NCBI GenBank assembly: GCA_016782485.1
Contig: JADHYK010000001.1
Location: forward strand, 30,081-94,080
Direction of reading: 5' to 3'
From: Candidatus Omnitrophota bacterium
GTDB taxonomy: Bacteria > Omnitrophota > Gorgyraeia > Gygaellales > Profunditerraquicolaceae
DNA length: 64,000 nucleotides
Positions 28,050-42,979 of the stretch are shown in pieces (positions within the stretch are counted from its first letter, which is position 1; every line of letters begins with the position of its first letter). The notes beneath the pieces are model-generated. The model made no database searches. It was given only the letters and a program-made list of their open reading frames with translations, and was not told the DNA's origin. The translations under genes were made by a program, and so were the position numbers.

Positions 28050-29375
28050 ATGTCTGAAATACTGAAGGCTTGGGAGTTGGCGCAGAGCCAGTTGAGAAAC
28101 AGGCTGGGTGAGACGGTTTTTGAAACCTGGATTTTACCTTTAAAGCCGCGATTTAAAGACGGCTCCTGTGTAATACTGGAGGCGCCGGATAAATTCTTTA
28201 AGGAATGGGTAGAAAGCCACTACAGCCAGTCGATCCAGGAGGCGCTAAATTCGCTAAGCCCGGTAAGTATTACGGTTGACCTGCGCGCCTGCCCACCCAA
28301 AGAGGGCGGGGCCCCGGCAAGGACACAGACCCAGCAGATAAAACCGCCGGAGTCACTCCACCTAAACTCCCGCTACACCTTTGAAAATTTTATTACCGGC
28401 CCTTCAAACCGCCACTCACATGCCTACGCTTTAGCAGTTGCAAATTCTCCTGCCAAGGCGTATAACCCGCTGTTTATTTACGGCGGGGTGGGGCTGGGCA
28501 AAACCCACCTGATACAGGCTATTTGCCATCACGTTATTAACAACGCCCCGGGTAAATTAAAGATCTGTTACCTACCCTCTGAGCGGTTCACGAATGAGCT
28601 TATCGACGCCATTCAACATCACTCTACTGCCGCCTTCCGGCAAAAGTATAGGAACGTGGATGTTTTAGTGCTTGACGACATCCATTTTATCGCCGGTAAA
28701 GAATCAACGCAGGAGGAGTTCTTCCATACTTTCAATACCCTTTACGATGCCCACAAACAAATTATTTTTTCTTCTGACCGGCCGCCGAAGGAGATAGCTA
28801 ATTTACAAGACAGGCTAGTGTCGCGCTTTGGCTGGGGGCTCACTACAGACGTTCAGCCACCGGATCTGGAGACGCGCGTAGCCATTCTGAAGAAAAAAAT
28901 AGAGCGCGAGCCGGTGACGGTCCCGGATGAGGTTATCTTCTTTATAGCGCAGTTGATCAAAACCAACATCCGGGAGCTGGAGGGGGCGCTGATACGTACA
29001 ATAGCGTACTCGCTGCTGGAGGAAAAGGTAATTAACCTGGAGTTGGCCAAGGAGGCGCTGAAAGACCTTTTAAGGGAGCCGCAAAAACTGATTACCGTAG
29101 ATTTTATTCAGCGCTGTGTTGCCGAGGAGTTCGGGCTTTCTTTGCAGGAATTAAAAACAAAACGCCGCAATAAAACAATCGTGCTGCCACGTCAGATAGC
29201 AATGTATTTAAGTAGGTCTTTGACAGACCTGTCTTTTCCGGAAATTGGGGAGCTTTTCGGGGGGAAGGACCATACAACCGTCTTACATTCATACAATAAG
29301 ATTAAAGGTGAATTAAATAAGAACGAACCGCTGAAAGAAAGGGTGGAAAGGGTTATACAGGTTGTTAAACAATAA
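28050..29375 (+). CDS. dnaA: Chromosomal replication initiator protein DnaA
   Basis: LFIYGGVGLGKTHL Walker A, VLVLDDIHF, domain IV KTKRRNKTIVLPRQIAMYL. Confidence 0.95.
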   Translation: MSEILKAWELAQSQLRNRLGETVFETWILPLKPRFKDGSCVILEAPDKFFKEWVESHYSQSIQEALNSLSPVSITVDLRACPPKEGGAPARTQTQQIKPPESLHLNSRYTFENFITGPSNRHSHAYALAVANSPAKAYNPLFIYGGVGLGKTHLIQAICHHVINNAPGKLKICYLPSERFTNELIDAIQHHSTAAFRQKYRNVDVLVLDDIHFIAGKESTQEEFFHTFNTLYDAHKQIIFSSDRPPKEIANLQDRLVSRFGWGLTTDVQPPDLETRVAILKKKIEREPVTVPDEVIFFIAQLIKTNIRELEGALIRTIAYSLLEEKVINLELAKEALKDLLREPQKLITVDFIQRCVAEEFGLSLQELKTKRRNKTIVLPRQIAMYLSRSLTDLSFPEIGELFGGKDHTTVLHSYNKIKGELNKNEPLKERVERVIQVVKQ

Positions 29376-29515
29376 GTATGGGGTTATCCAAAGGCCAAAT
29401 TTGTTTTAATGCCATATATAGTATAGTGTTAAAGCTTTTTCCACAAAAACAAAACTCATTACTACTATTACGATTTTAATATATTGTTTTATTAAATAAT
29501 AATAAGGAGAGGAAA
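29376..29515. promoter_or_regulatory. dnaA-dnaN intergenic region with DnaA-box-like sites and an AT-rich unwinding-element candidate
   Basis: TTATCCAAA (29384..29392) and TTTTCCACA (29447..29455). At least 85% AT from about 29456 to 29505. AGGAGAGG SD for dnaN. Confidence 0.5.
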
Positions 29516-30607
29516 ATGAAAATAGTTGTCGAAAAAGAAATTTTATTAAACGGGATTCAAACCGTGCAAAATATCATTACCGCAAAATCAGCCTTACCCA
29601 TACTTTTGAATATTTTAATAGAAACACAACAGGGTAAGTTAAGGTTAACGGCTACCGATCTGGATGTGGGAATAAATTGTGTAATACCTGTGGATGTCCA
29701 GGAGGCCGGTGCTATTACGGTACCCGCCAAAAGATTCAGCGACATTATTAAAGAGCTGCCTTCCGAAAACATTAATTTAACCACCAAAAAAAACAATTCC
29801 GTGATTATTGAAGCGGAATCCTGCCAGTTTAAGATAATGGGGTTGGCCCGGGATGAGTTTCCTAAATTACCCGAGTTTAAGGATAAGGAGGTTGTCCGCC
29901 TGGAGCAGGGGGTATTGAAAGAAATACTAAGGCTGGTCTCTTTTGCCGCCTCAATGGATGAGACTAGGTATATTTTAAACGGCATTCTTTTTAAAGTCTC
30001 TAAAAACAACCTTACCCTTGTTGCTACAGACGGCAAGCGCCTGGCAATTATAGAGAAAAGAATTCACCAGGAGGCAAATAAAGAGGTCTCTATTATCGTA
30101 CCGATTAAAACAATCCACGAGCTAAACCGCAATCTTAAAGACGAAGGGGATTTATCTTTAATGTTGGGCAGCAACCAGGTGCTATTTGACATGGGGGACG
30201 TTATTATTATTTCCCGTTTAATCGAGGGGGAATTTCCCGACTACCAACAGGTTATCCCTCCACCATCTAACAATAAAATCATGATTAACCGCAGCCAGTT
30301 TATGTTAGCGGTTAAGAGAGCGGCCCTGTTGTCAACACCGGATTATCAGGCCGTCAAACTAGAGGTTTTTAAGAACAAGCTGGTTGTTTCGAAGTCTACG
30401 CCGGATATCGGCGAATCGCGCGAAGAGGTCCCCGTAGATTATCAAGGGAAAGAGATGGTGGTTGGCTTTAACCCCAACTACCTGGTGGACGTTTTAAAGA
30501 ATATAAACCAGGAAGAGGTGGGGTTTGAGTTAACCGACAGTGAAAAACCCGGCGTAATCCGCGTTGATGGTTATGTTTATATAGTATTGCCGATGCGCCT
30601 GAGCTAA
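29516..30607 (+). CDS. dnaN: DNA polymerase III beta sliding clamp
   Basis: 363 aa, three-domain clamp. LLNILIETQQGKLRLTATDLDVG. Confidence 0.95.
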   Translation: MKIVVEKEILLNGIQTVQNIITAKSALPILLNILIETQQGKLRLTATDLDVGINCVIPVDVQEAGAITVPAKRFSDIIKELPSENINLTTKKNNSVIIEAESCQFKIMGLARDEFPKLPEFKDKEVVRLEQGVLKEILRLVSFAASMDETRYILNGILFKVSKNNLTLVATDGKRLAIIEKRIHQEANKEVSIIVPIKTIHELNRNLKDEGDLSLMLGSNQVLFDMGDVIIISRLIEGEFPDYQQVIPPPSNNKIMINRSQFMLAVKRAALLSTPDYQAVKLEVFKNKLVVSKSTPDIGESREEVPVDYQGKEMVVGFNPNYLVDVLKNINQEEVGFELTDSEKPGVIRVDGYVYIVLPMRLS

Positions 30608-30610
30608 ATT

Positions 30611-33375
<2,765 letters not shown>

Positions 33376-36300
33376 ATGTATACGCAAAACGAAAAAATCA
33401 TCCCGGTTTGTATCGAAGAAGAGGTAAAGGACTCGTATTTAAATTACGCCATGAGCGTTATCGTCGGCCGCGCCCTGCCCGATGTACGCGACGGCTTAAA
33501 GCCGGTGCATCGCAGGATCCTTTATGCGATGCGGGAGCTGGGCCTTGAACACAGTAAGCCCTATAAGAAATGCGCGCGTATCGTGGGCGATACAATGGGC
33601 CGTTTCCACCCGCATGGAGACGTTGCGATATATGATACGATAGTAAGAATGGCGCAGGATTTTTCCCTGCGCTATCCGTTGGTTGATGGCCAGGGAAACT
33701 TTGGCTCAATCGACGGCGACGCCGCTGCGGCCATGCGCTATTGCATAACGGGAGACGCCTTTATTATTACGAATCAAGGCTTACGCAGAATAGACGAGGT
33801 TCCCCATCATTCAAAAACCAGTTTCTTCACGCTCTCAGCGGGTAATAAAATAAATCATGTTTCACAATGGTTTGATTCTGGGGAGCATCCGACAAAGAGA
33901 ATTTCTACATTCAGAGGTTTTAGTCTATGCGGCAGCTTGAACCACCCTATTCTTATATGGCAGAAAAATGGCCTAAAGCCAAAATTCGTATGGAAATTAT
34001 TAAACCAGGTAAAGGTCAATGACTATGCTGTGATAAGCAGGAGTGATGCATTATTCCCTATAAAAGAGCCTTCGCTTAAAGAGTATTATCCAGAAGATAA
34101 AAATCGAAGACAAAAACACGTGCTCCCTAGCGTTATGAACGAAGATCTCGCCTTCATTTTAGGGGCCATAGTTGCGGAGGGCTCTATAAGCAAGGAGCAA
34201 ATTGGTTTCTGTAACGGGGATGAAGAGTTTATTAAAAAATATAAATTGAGCTTCAAAAGGACATTTCCCGATTGTCGTCTCCATGAGTTCGTAAGAAAGC
34301 CGTTAGGGTTTGGTAAGAGGAATTGCACTTACTTAGAGATTCATTCAAGGCAGGTTATTGGATTTTTAAAAAATTTGGGGCTGCGTCAAGCCCGGGCCCA
34401 AGTAAAAACTACGCCTTCTATAGTTTTTTCTTCTTCAAAACAATCAGTTGGCGCTTTTATTAGCGGTTATGCCGAAGGAGATGGAAGCATTTGTATTGGC
34501 AAAAGAAATCCAGACATAAGTTTTATATCAACGAGCGAAAAATTAATCCAAGAACTACAGATTCTGCTATTAAGGTTTGGCATAGATTCTTCCTACAGGT
34601 TTCATAAACAAAAAAAATACTTTAGGTTGTTTATAAGAGGCCATGAGAACCTAAACTTATTTAAAAATCAAATAGGTTTTGTTACAGAAAGCAGTTGTAG
34701 AAGATTAGCAGATATTTGCAGTCGGAATAGCGATGGTTGGGTGATGTCAAAGTTAGACTTTGTACCTTATTTAGCGGACTACATTCGAAGGAAGGCCGCA
34801 AGGCAAAGAAGGAAATATTGGGGGCACATAGAGTGGCTTAAGAAACACAACATTGACAGATACCCAAAAATAGAAAAAATTTGGCCTAGACTAAAACGTA
34901 TTCTCGACAGAGAAGATCGCGATCTGCTTGATGCAGTAATAAAAAATAGATATATCTTTGACAAAATTACTTCTGTAGAAGATTCTGAAAAAAAGAGAGT
35001 TTATTCTATTAAAGTCGATAGTCCTTGTCACTCCTTTGTATCAAACGGTTTTATAAGTCATAACACTGAGGCTCGGCTTGCCGCAATCTCCGACGAGATG
35101 TTAGCGGATATTGACAAGGATACGGTGAATTTCGGGCCGAATTTTGACGCGTCTTTATCCGAGCCGCTTTTATTGCCGGCGGCTTTGCCCAATCTCTTGG
35201 TCAACGGCTCCAGCGGTATAGCAGTGGGCATGGCTACGAATATCCCTCCGCATAATTTAACGGAAGTAGTCGAGGCGATTATTTGTCTGCTGGATAATCC
35301 GGCGGCAGAGGTTAAAGAGCTGATGCATTATATAAAGGGGCCGGATTTTCCGACGGGAGGGATAATCTGCGGCCGGGGCGGCATTAAAGATGCCTATACT
35401 ACGGGCAAGGGTAAGCTTTTGGTGCGGGCGCGCGCTACCGTCGAGCATCAGAAGGGCGGCAAGGATTTGATTGTGATCACCGAAATTCCCTATCAGGTGC
35501 AGAAGGCCGGCGTCATTGAGGCGGTAGCGGAACTTGTAGAGGAGAAAAAGATAGAGGGGATTTCCGATATACGCGACGAATCCGATAAGGAAGGAATGCG
35601 CATCGTGGTTGAGCTTAAGCGCGATGCGGATTCGCAGATTGTCTTAAACCAGCTTTACAAGCATACGCAGCTTGAGGCTACTTTCGGCGTTATTATGCTG
35701 GCGCTGGTTGAGAACAGGCCCCGGATTTTGAACCTGCGCCAGACGCTCGAGCTATATATCGGGCACCGCAAGGTTATTATCCGCCGGCGCACGAGTTTCG
35801 AGCTGGATAAGGCGTTAAAGAGGGCGCATATACTTGAGGGGTTAAAGATCGCCCTTAAGTATATCGACCGCATCATCAAGGCAATCAAGACTTCCGCGAA
35901 TACCCAGATTGCCAAAGAGCGCCTGATGAAAGAGTTCGGGCTTTCCCAGATTCAGGCCCAGGCGATATTGGAGATGCAGCTGCAGCGCCTGACCGCGCTT
36001 GAACGCGACAAGATAGACGCCGAATACGCGGAGCTGCTTAAAAAAATCGAATTATGCAAGGCGATACTTGCCTCTGAAAAGAAGATAGAGGGCATTATTA
36101 AGGAAGAGCTGGGAGAGCTGAAGAAGAAATACGGCGATGAACGCAGGACGGAGATAATCGGCGAAGTGCAGGAGCTGGAGATAGAGGATTTAATCGCGGA
36201 AGAGGATGTGGTGGTGATCATCAGCCACGGCGGTTATATTAAACGCCTGCCGGTCAGCTCTTACCGCAAGCAGAAGAGGGGGGGCCGCGGCGCAACCGGC

Positions 36301-37128
36301 GCCGAAGTTAAAGAGGAGGATTTTATCGAGCATATTTTTGTCGCCTCCACCAAAGACCACGTTTTAATTTTTAGCGAAAAGGGCCAGGTACACTGGCTGA
36401 AGGTTTACGAGATCCCCCAGGCCAGCCGCATCTCCAAGGGCAAGGCGATAATCAACCTTATAGATATAACCCCGGGCTCCAAGATTAGCTCAACCATCCC
36501 GATCAGGGAGTTTTCCGGAGACAACTATCTGGTGATGTTGACCAAAAAGGGCCAGATTAAAAAGACCAGATTGGATGCCTACAGTAATCCGCGCAAAGGC
36601 GGGATTATCGGAATTACGCTGGAGAAGGACGATGCGCTGATCGCCGTGGAACTTACCGACGGTAAACAGGAGTTGCTGATCGGCACGCGCCAGGGCAAGG
36701 CCCTGAGGTTCCCCGAAAGCAAAGTCAGGGATATGGGCAGGGCGGCGCGGGGGGTGCGCGCGATTTCCCTGGCCAAACAAGACGAGGTCATCGCGATGGT
36801 ATTGGCGCGTAAGGATGCGACCATACTTACGGTTACGGAATTAGGGTATGCCAAACGCACTTCGGCGGATGAATACCGGCTTACCAGCCGCGGAGGTAAG
36901 GGCATTATTAACATAAAGGTTACCGCTAAAAACGGCGAGGCGGTCAGCCTGAAGTCGGTCAGCGACAAGGATGAGTTGATGGTGATTACCCAAAACGGGG
37001 TATTTTTGCGCTGTGCGGTCAAAGACATCCGCTCAAGCGGCAGGTCTTCACAGGGGGTGCGCCTGATTAAGCTGCAGGGCAAGGACCATGTCTCATGCGT
37101 TGCCCGGGTAATTGCCGAAGAAGGATAA
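33376..37128 (+). CDS. gyrA: DNA gyrase subunit A interrupted by a 441-aa intein immediately after the catalytic Tyr
   Basis: Exteins: ...GDAAAAMRY(122) | intein | [13 protein letters not shown]... 809 aa without the intein. C-terminal beta-pinwheel repeats present. Confidence 0.95.
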   Translation: MYTQNEKIIPVCIEEEVKDSYLNYAMSVIVGRALPDVRDGLKPVHRRILYAMRELGLEHSKPYKKCARIVGDTMGRFHPHGDVAIYDTIVRMAQDFSLRYPLVDGQGNFGSIDGDAAAAMRYCITGDAFIITNQGLRRIDEVPHHSKTSFFTLSAGNKINHVSQWFDSGEHPTKRISTFRGFSLCGSLNHPILIWQKNGLKPKFVWKLLNQVKVNDYAVISRSDALFPIKEPSLKEYYPEDKNRRQKHVLPSVMNEDLAFILGAIVAEGSISKEQIGFCNGDEEFIKKYKLSFKRTFPDCRLHEFVRKPLGFGKRNCTYLEIHSRQVIGFLKNLGLRQARAQVKTTPSIVFSSSKQSVGAFISGYAEGDGSICIGKRNPDISFISTSEKLIQELQILLLRFGIDSSYRFHKQKKYFRLFIRGHENLNLFKNQIGFVTESSCRRLADICSRNSDGWVMSKLDFVPYLADYIRRKAARQRRKYWGHIEWLKKHNIDRYPKIEKIWPRLKRILDREDRDLLDAVIKNRYIFDKITSVEDSEKKRVYSIKVDSPCHSFVSNGFISHNTEARLAAISDEMLADIDKDTVNFGPNFDASLSEPLLLPAALPNLLVNGSSGIAVGMATNIPPHNLTEVVEAIICLLDNPAAEVKELMHYIKGPDFPTGGIICGRGGIKDAYTTGKGKLLVRARATVEHQKGGKDLIVITEIPYQVQKAGVIEAVAELVEEKKIEGISDIRDESDKEGMRIVVELKRDADSQIVLNQLYKHTQLEATFGVIMLALVENRPRILNLRQTLELYIGHRKVIIRRRTSFELDKALKRAHILEGLKIALKYIDRIIKAIKTSANTQIAKERLMKEFGLSQIQAQAILEMQLQRLTALERDKIDAEYAELLKKIELCKAILASEKKIEGIIKEELGELKKKYGDERRTEIIGEVQELEIEDLIAEEDVVVIISHGGYIKRLPVSSYRKQKRGGRGATGAEVKEEDFIEHIFVASTKDHVLIFSEKGQVHWLKVYEIPQASRISKGKAIINLIDITPGSKISSTIPIREFSGDNYLVMLTKKGQIKKTRLDAYSNPRKGGIIGITLEKDDALIAVELTDGKQELLIGTRQGKALRFPESKVRDMGRAARGVRAISLAKQDEVIAMVLARKDATILTVTELGYAKRTSADEYRLTSRGGKGIINIKVTAKNGEAVSLKSVSDKDELMVITQNGVFLRCAVKDIRSSGRSSQGVRLIKLQGKDHVSCVARVIAEEG
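33742..35064 (+). mobile_element. GyrA intein with a LAGLIDADG homing-endonuclease domain
   Basis: Begins Cys ([12 protein letters not shown]), block B GSLNHPIL, two LAGLIDADG motifs ([14 protein letters not shown]; [15 protein letters not shown]), ends ...VSNGFISHN followed by +1 Thr. 1323 nt in frame. Confidence 0.85.
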
Positions 37129-37132
37129 ATTC

Positions 37133-37207
37133 GACCCCGTCGTCTAGCCTGGTCCAGGACAAGAGCTTTTCAAGCTCTCGGCACGGGTTCAAATCCCGTC
37201 GGGGTCA
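37133..37207 (+). tRNA. tRNA-Glu (anticodon TTC)
   Basis: GACCCCGTCGTCTAGCCTGGTCCAGGACAAGAGCTTTTCAAGCTCTCGGCACGGGTTCAAATCCCGTCGGGGTCA. Anticodon loop TTTTCAA. 5 nt after the gyrA stop. Confidence 0.8.
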
Positions 37208-37234
37208 GTTATATTTTAGAAACCTTCCTTAAAA

Positions 37235-38719
37235 ATGCGTTATAAAATAATTGTTGCCCTGATGCTTGTTTTGGGCATCGGGGTTATTTTTGCCGCCCAA
37301 TTCTCTATCCCCACACTTTTCAGTGCCGACGGCTACCTGCATATCCGCATGGCCCAGTTCTTAAGAGAGGGAGGCCTGCATTATAATTTCCATTGGGCAA
37401 GGTTTTCTACTTTCGCGAATAATTTTGCGGATAAGGATTTTCTTTACCATGTTTTGCTGATACCCTTTACATTTTTCCCGGATATATTCTGGGGGGCGAA
37501 ACTCTCTGCCGCAATCTTTGCCGCCCTCTTGTATTTGGCCTTTTGGCGGGCACTTACACGCTATTGCAAGGTCAGGCTGCTGGTCCCGGTTTTTTTGCTC
37601 GCCTTCTTTTGCTCGGCGGCCTTCCTGCAGGCGGTCAGCCAGGCCAGGAATATGATTTTGACGCTGATCCTGATTTTGTTTTTCGTGCACGCTTTAGTCC
37701 GTGCAAAGACCTGGCTTCTTTTTGTGATTACGCTGGCTTATTCCCTGGCCCATGTTTCAGGGCCGTATTTATTGCTTTTTGCGCTTATGGGCGAAGGGGT
37801 ACGTTTTGCCAATGAAAGAGTTTTTTCCTGGCGTACGCTGGGCGCGGTGGCCCTGGGGCTGGCGGCAGGTCTATTAATCCACCCGAATTTTCCGAACAAT
37901 CTTCTGGCCTTTTATTTAAACGGCATATTGGTGCCTATTTTTTCCCTCAAGTGGGGGCTGGAGCTGGGTGCCGAATTTTTCCCCATGAGCACCAGGGAGT
38001 TTGTGCTGTTTTATCCTCTGATTTTAATCGGTATATTTTTGTTTATCGCCATGGGCATCAGCCGGCAAAAGAAAATCGCCTTTGCTACGCAGGTCTGGAT
38101 GTGTGTGAGCGGATTTTTCCTGGTATTTGCTTTTTTTTCCAGGCGCTATTTTTGGTATGCGTACCCTTTGATGCTGGTTGCGCTTGCCAGCTATATTTCC
38201 GACTGGAGTAATAGCGGCGAAAGGCTCGTATTTTTAAGGGGGCATAAAGCCGCCCGCTTTGGCGCCATTGCCCTGGCGGCCATATTGTTTGGAGCTATTT
38301 TAAGCAGCGCGTATAAATATTTTCAATATTACCGCGCCGACGAGGCCAATTACAACAGGCACTATGAATTGGTAGGCGAGTGGATGCGGCAGTCTCTGCC
38401 GCCGGGAGAAGTGGTCTTCCACAGCAACTGGTCGGATTCGCAGTATTTTATCGGGCTTAACCCGAAGAACGACTATTTTGTCACCCTTGACCCCATATAT
38501 ATGCGCTACTGGAATCCGCAGCTGTATCGGCTCTACCGCGATATTTCATTCGGCAGCACCCAGGATCCTTATACGCTGCTGAAGGAAAAATTCGGCGTGC
38601 GTTACGGATATGTGGGCAAGGCATATTTTTCCGGGCTGATCAAACAGGTCAGGAGCGACTCGCGCTTTGAGGTCCTGGCCGAAGATTCTTTCGGCCTGGT
38701 TTTCAGGCTAAAACCGTAA
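37235..38719 (+). CDS. Polytopic membrane protein, possibly a GT-C-type glycosyltransferase (dolichyl/undecaprenyl-phosphate sugar transferase-like)
   Basis: At least 10 predicted TM helices then a soluble C-terminal domain. No confident family. Adjacent to glmS. Confidence 0.35.
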   Translation: MRYKIIVALMLVLGIGVIFAAQFSIPTLFSADGYLHIRMAQFLREGGLHYNFHWARFSTFANNFADKDFLYHVLLIPFTFFPDIFWGAKLSAAIFAALLYLAFWRALTRYCKVRLLVPVFLLAFFCSAAFLQAVSQARNMILTLILILFFVHALVRAKTWLLFVITLAYSLAHVSGPYLLLFALMGEGVRFANERVFSWRTLGAVALGLAAGLLIHPNFPNNLLAFYLNGILVPIFSLKWGLELGAEFFPMSTREFVLFYPLILIGIFLFIAMGISRQKKIAFATQVWMCVSGFFLVFAFFSRRYFWYAYPLMLVALASYISDWSNSGERLVFLRGHKAARFGAIALAAILFGAILSSAYKYFQYYRADEANYNRHYELVGEWMRQSLPPGEVVFHSNWSDSQYFIGLNPKNDYFVTLDPIYMRYWNPQLYRLYRDISFGSTQDPYTLLKEKFGVRYGYVGKAYFSGLIKQVRSDSRFEVLAEDSFGLVFRLKP

Positions 38720-38728
38720 GATAAAACT

Positions 38729-40570
38729 ATGTGCGGCATAATCGGATATATAGGAGAGAAAGAGGCGCAGCCCATACTGTTAAACGGGCTGAAGCGGCTG
38801 GAATACCGCGGGTATGATTCCTGCGGTATGGCTACCTACTTGCCTGGCAAAAAAGCCCTCTCAGTCAGAAAGCTCCCCGGAAAAATCAAGGCATTGGAAG
38901 AGCTGCTGGCAAGAAAGGCCCTGGCAGGCAGCATGGGCATAGGCCACTGCCGCTGGGCAACCCACGGCGCCCCCAATCAGGCCAATGCCCATCCGCACAC
39001 CGACTGCAAGGGAGAGATTGTCCTGGTGCATAACGGCATCATAGAGAATTACCTGCAGCTTAAGCATGTCCTCATCCGGAGAGGGCATAAATTCAGAAGC
39101 CAGACCGATACCGAGGTTATCGTCCACCTGATCGAGGATTTTTACCATAAATTACCCTTTGAACAGGCGGTGCTCAAGGCACTTTCTAAATTAGAGGGTT
39201 CTTTTGCGATTGCGGCTATCTCCAAAAGAGAGCCCGACAAAATTATCGGCGCGCGGCTGGGAAGCCCCCTGGTGGTGGGGGCGGGCAGGGGGGAAAATTT
39301 TCTGGCCTCGGATATACCCGCGCTTTTAGATTTTGCAAAAGAAGTAGTCTTTCTTGAGGATGGCGAGTATGCTGTTTTGACTAAAGAGAGGGCGGAGATA
39401 TTTGATTTAGCCGGCAAGCCGGTTAAGAGGGCGGCGGTGCACATCAACTGGGATATTTCACAGGCACAGAAACAGGGCTGGCCGCATTTTATGCTTAAGG
39501 AGATTAATGAACAGCCGCGCGTTTTAAATGACATACTTGGACAGAGGATCCCCGACGCAAAAGAGGGGGTATATTTTGAGGAATTAAGAATAACCGATGA
39601 GCAGCTTAAGGCGGTCAACAGCATTAATATCATTGCCTGCGGCACTGCCTATCATGCCGGCCTGTGCGGAAAATATATCCTGGAAAAGCTCTGTAAAAGA
39701 CCGGTGGGGGTTGACCTGGCAAGCGAATTCAGATATCGCGACCCGCTGGTTGGCGCCGATACCCTGGTTATCGCCATCAGCCAGTCCGGGGAAACCGCAG
39801 ACACCCTGGCAGCGGCAAGAGAGGCCAGGAAAAAAGGGGCGCTGGTGTTGACTATTTGTAATGTCCTGGGCTCAACCCTGGTGCGCGAGGCCGACGGGGT
39901 AATCTATACCCATGCCGGCCCGGAGATAGGGGTGGCCTCTACCAAGGCCTATACCGCGCAGCTGGCGATCCTGTATTTATTCGCCATATATTTAGCCAGG
40001 ATACTGCAGGTTGCAGGCGGGGGGGAGAGTTTTGTTAAGCTTCTTAGTTCTCTCAGGTCATGCCCGCGGCTGCAGGAGAAGGTTTTGGAGAACCAGAATA
40101 CCATAAAAAAGGTGGCGCGCAGGCATTCTCACTTTGGCTCGTTTTTGTTTTTGGGTAGAAATGTTAATTACCCCTCTGCCTTGGAGGGGGCGTTGAAGCT
40201 TAAAGAGGTCTCTTACATCCCTGCCGAGGGTTATGCCGCAGGGGAGATGAAGCACGGGCCAATTGCCCTGATCGACGAATACCGCGCAGTAGTCTGTATT
40301 GCGCCCTCATCCAGGATTTATGAGAAGATGGCCTCCAATATCCAGGAGATCCGCAGCCGCCGCGGCAAGATTATCGTCATTGCCACGGAAGGGGACGAAA
40401 AGATGAAGGGCTTAACGGCTGAAGTCATTTATACCCCGAAGGTCGATGAGTTTTTCTCGCCGTTAATCATGGCGCTTCCTTTGCAATTGTTGGCCTACCA
40501 TATTGCGGTCAAGCGCGGCTGCGATGTTGACCAGCCCCGTAATTTAGCCAAGTCAGTAACCGTAGAGTAA
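38729..40570 (+). CDS. glmS: Glutamine--fructose-6-phosphate aminotransferase
   Basis: MCGIIGYIG Ntn start, two SIS domains, C-terminal ...KSVTVE. Confidence 0.95.
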   Translation: MCGIIGYIGEKEAQPILLNGLKRLEYRGYDSCGMATYLPGKKALSVRKLPGKIKALEELLARKALAGSMGIGHCRWATHGAPNQANAHPHTDCKGEIVLVHNGIIENYLQLKHVLIRRGHKFRSQTDTEVIVHLIEDFYHKLPFEQAVLKALSKLEGSFAIAAISKREPDKIIGARLGSPLVVGAGRGENFLASDIPALLDFAKEVVFLEDGEYAVLTKERAEIFDLAGKPVKRAAVHINWDISQAQKQGWPHFMLKEINEQPRVLNDILGQRIPDAKEGVYFEELRITDEQLKAVNSINIIACGTAYHAGLCGKYILEKLCKRPVGVDLASEFRYRDPLVGADTLVIAISQSGETADTLAAAREARKKGALVLTICNVLGSTLVREADGVIYTHAGPEIGVASTKAYTAQLAILYLFAIYLARILQVAGGGESFVKLLSSLRSCPRLQEKVLENQNTIKKVARRHSHFGSFLFLGRNVNYPSALEGALKLKEVSYIPAEGYAAGEMKHGPIALIDEYRAVVCIAPSSRIYEKMASNIQEIRSRRGKIIVIATEGDEKMKGLTAEVIYTPKVDEFFSPLIMALPLQLLAYHIAVKRGCDVDQPRNLAKSVTVE

Positions 40571-41223
40571 TGTTATATATAGTCGCCACGCCAATCGGCA
40601 ACTTAAAAGATATAACCCTGCGCGCCTTAGAAGTTTTAAAGGGCGTAGATTTGATTGCCTGCGAAGATACCCGGCACAGCAAAATTTTACTGAACCACTT
40701 TGGTATTAGAACGCCTACTACTAGTTATTTTCAGCATAACCGGTTTAGCAAAGGCCAATATATTCTTGCCTTGCTGAAGCAAGGCAAGAATATCGCCCTT
40801 ATATCCGATGCCGGCACCCCTGGCATCCTTGACCCCGGTTACCATCTAATTCATTTAGCCATCAAGAATAATATTGAAATGACCGTAATTCCAGGCCCAA
40901 CTGCTTTTATCAGCGCCCTTGTGCTTTCAGGTAGGCCGACCCACGAATTCATCTTTGCGGGCTTTCTGCCGAATCGCCAACAGGCCCGTAGAAACCGCCT
41001 GAAAGAACTGGCCAAGCTAAAACAGACCATTGTTTTTTATGAGTCCTGCCACCGCATTTTAGCCGCGCTTGCAGATATTCAGCAAGTCTTTGGCAATAAA
41101 GAGGTTGTAATAGCCAGAGAGCTCACCAAGAAATTTGAAGAGGTCAAACGCGGCCCAGCCGCCGAAATTATAGCCCATTTTCAGAAAGGCGCCGTCCGCG
41201 GAGAGTTTGTAGTGGTAATTTAA
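40570..41223 (+). CDS. rsmI: 16S rRNA (cytidine1402-2'-O)-methyltransferase
   Basis: LYIVATPIGNLKDITLRALEVL...ACEDTRHS, tetrapyrrole-methylase fold. Confidence 0.85.
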   Translation: MLYIVATPIGNLKDITLRALEVLKGVDLIACEDTRHSKILLNHFGIRTPTTSYFQHNRFSKGQYILALLKQGKNIALISDAGTPGILDPGYHLIHLAIKNNIEMTVIPGPTAFISALVLSGRPTHEFIFAGFLPNRQQARRNRLKELAKLKQTIVFYESCHRILAALADIQQVFGNKEVVIARELTKKFEEVKRGPAAEIIAHFQKGAVRGEFVVVI

Positions 41224-41317
41224 GGCCTGTCTTTTGGTTTATCAGCCAAAAAGGTTACCCATCAGGCGCCCCTTTTTATTTATTAACCTTAACCCTGGTT
41301 TAAGGGCAAAATAAAAC

Positions 41318-42979
<1,662 letters not shown>

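Noticed and set aside
37361-37690. 109-aa minus-strand ORF (Gln/Arg/Lys-rich) inside the membrane-protein gene 37235..38719
   Set aside because: It is antisense to a long hydrophobic CDS with consistent codon usage. Judged spurious.
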